The notes under the pieces: generated by a model
Databases searched by the model: none
The model's input: only the letters and a program-made list of their open reading frames with translations
What the model was told of the DNA's origin: nothing
Made by a program: the position numbers and the translations under genes
NCBI GenBank assembly: GCA_009914755.4
Contig: CP068257.2
Location: 30,848,001 to 30,912,000 of the forward strand
DNA from: the human T2T-CHM13v2.0 reference genome, Homo sapiens
Length of the DNA stretch: 64,000 nucleotides
Direction: 5' to 3'
Shown here: positions 60,752 through 64,000 of the stretch, in pieces
Layout: every line of letters begins with the position of its first letter
How positions within the stretch are numbered: the stretch's first letter is position 1

Positions 60752-61400
60752 TTTTTGAGATGGAGTCTCGCTCTGTTGAGTGACAACACATGGTCTCACT
60801 TATATGCGGAAGCTAAAGAAGAGCTCACAGACTTGGTGAATAGAACAGTGGTTACAGGAAACAGCAGGGGAGTGAGGTGCTGGCGGTGGGGAGCTTGGTT
60901 AACATGAACAAAGCTACAATTAGAAAGGAAGAAGTTTTGGTCTTCTCATGGGGTGAGTAATTTACTGTATATTTTCAAGCAGCTAGAAGAGAGGATTTTG
61001 AATGCTTTCAACACAAACAAATGATAACTGTTTGAGGTCATGGATATGCTAATTAGACTGATTTGATTATTACACACGGTACCCATGCACCAATACATCA
61101 CACTTTACCCCATAAATATCTACAATTATTACATGTCAATTTAAAAAATCCATGGAAACAAAAAGTAGAATGACTTTTGCTAGAGTCTTGGGGAAGAGAG
61201 AAATGATGAGCTAGTGTTTAATGGGTCCAGAGATTCTGGTCAGGATGAAAAAGTTCTGGAATTGGATGGTGGTGATGATGGTTGCACAAAATTGTGAATT
61301 TACCTAATGCCACAGGGCTGTACTCTTAAAATGTTAAAATGGTAAGTTTTATGTTACATATGTCTCATCACAATTAAAAATAAAAGAGTACATGCATTCA
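60752..61400. mobile_element. Alu 5' snippet (minus, 60752-60778) fused to L1 3'UTR-like sequence (old L1 family), possibly rearranged
   Basis: ttttttgagatggagtctcgctctgttg then ...atggtctcacttatatgcggaagctaaagaagagctcacagacttggtgaatagaacagtggttacaggaaacagcaggggagtgaggtgctgg...gttaatgggtccagagattctggtcaggatgaaaaagttctggaattggatggtggtgatgatggttgcacaaaattgtgaatttacctaatgccacagggctgtactcttaaaatg. Confidence 0.45.
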
Positions 61401-61669
61401 TTTTGAGAAAAAACAAGTCTCCTTCACTTTGAAGGTGTCAGCTCCCAGAACATAAGGACAAAGAGAAAACCTCAGAGTCATGTTTAACATGTCTGATTTA
61501 TACTGAGGACAAATTAAAGAAAGTAATTTATATAACGAAGAGTAAACTTATGGAACTCATTGCCGAAAGAGGAGGCACAGACATAAAAATATCCAAAGAC
61601 ATCTACGAGGAATTGTTCACACATTTATTGCATTTATTGACAGCAGCCTAACAGAACATGGAGCACGAT

Positions 61670-62110
61670 CACGTTTGGAGTCACCCTGAGGTTCACATCA
61701 CAGCACACAAGCAGCTTTTTGCCCTACAGGCATTGCGCCCCAGTGAGTTTCTGAGGACAGGAATGGGGAGCTGGACGGACCTGCAGGTCCTCCCCATGGA
61801 ACAAACGCTGCACCTTGCACACACCTGGGTCCCTGCTATGTCCAGCCCCAACCTGTGCACAGTGAGGAGAGCACACCTGGTGATCAGGATGGGGTCCACC
61901 CTGAGATGTTCATCGCCTACCTGTGCATGATGAGGGCAGCACACCTGGTTGTAAACACAAGGTCACCCCTGAGATGCCCAGTGCCTACCTCTACATGGTA
62001 AGGACAGCACAAAGTCACCTCTGAAATGCCCAGTGCTTGTACATTGTGAGGGAATCACACCTGGTTGTCAGCACGGCATCACCTCTGAGATGTCCTCCCG
62101 TTCACATGTG
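61670..62110. repeat. Degenerate minisatellite, unit about 60-65 bp (...CTGTGCA..GTGAGG..AGCACACCTGGTTGT.A.CA.GG..TCACCCCTGAGATGCCCAGTGCCTAC), about 5-7 units
   Basis: Direct reading; units at about 61848, 61915, 61983, 62042 and weaker ones upstream. Confidence 0.65.
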
Positions 62111-62771
62111 TAGCAACAGAAAAGGTCTGGCTTAACAACTGTCATTCTCAGCTCCCAAACAAAGCAGAATAGGGTGTTGTACTCATATTTAAAGCTTTGT
62201 TTTGTATCGTATCTGTTTTTATAAATTGTCTATTTCTTTTTCCATGTAGGCTAAAGTTACATCTTCAATAAGCCAAGTAATAGGAAATTACTTTGCTCAT
62301 CGCAGTGACCCTGGAATGTAGCATAGTATCAGAAAGTAGGAAAGTACCCCCCAAGAATGTGTTTTTAAGATGAGGGCACATCAGAAAGACCCAAGAATCA
62401 ATCTAATAAAGCTCCCAGTGGCCTGAGCTAATATAATTTGAGCACCATAATAAATTTCAATCGTATTGAATTATCATCTAAAGAATAAAATAAATATCCA
62501 TCAGCACATACTGATATAAATAAATAAATAAATAAACAAAAGAAGGAGGACCAATCTTTCTTACATAAGAAATCCAATTAATAAATGTAGAGAGAATTGG
62601 AGAAACAGGGAATCGCCACTGGAACACCACAGATATCATTGCTACGGGCAAGACTAATTGATAATTGCTAAAATTAGTGATTGAACCTTAAGGAGTAACA
62701 AGATATTTGCATCATATTTGTATCCCTTCCTAAATTTACTAACCACTCTTATGGTTTTAAAACATGACTTT

Positions 62772-63088
62772 GGGCCGGGCGCAATGGCTCACGCCTGTAA
62801 TCCCAGCACTTTGGGAGGCCAAAGCGGGCGGATCACGAGGTCAGGAGATCGAAACCATCCCAGCTAACACTGTGAAACCCCATCTCTACTAAAAAAACAC
62901 AAAAAAAAATTAGCCGGGCGTGTTGGCGGGCGCCTGTAGTCCCAGCTACTCGGGAAGCTGAGGCAGAGGAGAATGGCATGAACCCGGGAGGCAGAGCTTG
63001 CAGTGAGCTGAGATTGCGCCACTGCACTCCAGTCTGGGTGACAGAGCAAGACTCCGTCCCCAAAAAAAAAACAAACAAAAAAAAAAAC
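62772..63088 (+). mobile_element. Alu, full length
   Basis: TSD aaacatgacttt at 62759 and 63087. Confidence 0.95.
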
Positions 63089-63545
63089 ATGACTTTCATA
63101 CTCAAGTATAGACTGGACTTAGTGACCTGCTTTTATGAATAGATGACAGAAAGAGGAAAATTGTAACTTGACAGTGGGGAAACCTAACAGACATCACATT
63201 AGCCAGGTGATCAAAGTTAATGTTACCTGCAGTCATGCTGACATTATACGCCCACTAACATGATACAATGAGAAGGGCCTATCACCTCTGTGGTGTTCTT
63301 CTCCAAAATCCACAGCCTCAGAATGTTTATGAGAAACCATCAGATAAACCCAAGTTAAGGGCATTCTACAAAACACCTGACCACTACTCTTCAAAACATC
63401 TAAAGTCATGAAAGACAAGAAAGTACAGAGAAGCTATCACAGATTGGTGGAAACTAGGGGGACATGATGAGTGAAGGTATCAGGATATCCCAAACAGGGT
63501 CCTGGAACAGAAAAAGCACATTAACAGAAAAAGTTAAGAAGTCCA

Positions 63546-63837
63546 GGCCGGGCGCGGTGGCTCACGCCTGTAATCCCAGCACTTTGGGAGGCCGAGGCGC
63601 TCGGATCACAAGGTCAGGAGGTCAAGACCATCCTGGCGAACACGGTGAAACCCTGTCTCTACTAAAAATACAAAAAATTAGCCGGGCGTGGTGGTGGGCA
63701 CCTGTAGTCTCAGCTACTCGGGAGGCTGAGGCAGGAGAATGGCGTGAACCTGGGAGGTGGGGCTTGCAGTGAGCCGAGATGGCACCCACTGCACTCCAGC
63801 CTGGGCGACAGAGCGAGCCTCCATCTCAAAAAAAAAT
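63546..63837 (+). mobile_element. Alu, full length, many intact CpGs (young, AluY-like)
   Basis: ggccgggcgcggtggctcacgcctgtaatcccagcactttgggaggccgaggcgctcggatcac...; TSD (a)agaagtcca flanking. Confidence 0.95.
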
Positions 63838-64000
63838 TTGAGAAGTCCAAATAAAGTTGGTAGTTCTCTTGCTAATATTGCACCACATCAATGTCTTAGT
63901 TTTGATAAACATACTATGTAAGACGTTAACATTCGGGGAAGTTGGGTGAAGGGTGTATGGGAACACTCTGTACTGTCTTAGTAACTCTTTATGAATTCTA

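Overview
This window is human (catarrhine primate) nuclear DNA, not a prokaryotic or phage locus. About 47 Alu copies or fragments (roughly 20% of the window) carry classic target-site duplications (TSDs). Old L1 3' ends occur on both strands, along with THE1/MST and MLT1 MaLR LTRs, MIR fragments, and one MADE1 miniature inverted-repeat element (MITE). Many micro- and minisatellites are present, several of which are expanded Alu poly-A tails. Protein-coding content is limited to four short + strand exons with clean splice sites in conserved phase 1. These encode the C-terminal half of a SUEL-type (rhamnose-binding) lectin domain, a linker, a transmembrane helix, and the conserved EVA1/FAM176 cytoplasmic tail ending in a stop. 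That domain combination fits EVA1C (C21orf63/FAM176C), so the window is most likely part of the EVA1C locus on chr21q22.11, with upstream exons outside the window. The intron after the first exon carries a processed pseudogene of EXOSC3 (exosome subunit RRP40) with a CGA>TGA nonsense change and a frameshift. There is no CRISPR array, operon, tRNA/rRNA gene, CpG island, or any sign of a novel defence or mobile system. The long ORFs in the six-frame track fall in Alus, TG-rich minisatellites, or GC-rich non-coding DNA and are not genes. The most interesting structures are insertional. One 17-bp target site is present in three copies, bracketing an Alu and an L1 that may carry a 3' transduction. 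A 143-bp templated patch sits inside an L1, and there is a ~220-bp local duplication. Three related TG/CA-rich minisatellites include an inverted pair 2.2 kb apart. An AT-rich palindromic minisatellite, a degenerate ~60-bp minisatellite, and an Alu carrying a perfect 68-bp internal duplication are also present. All coordinates were set by eye and should be treated as accurate to within a few bp.
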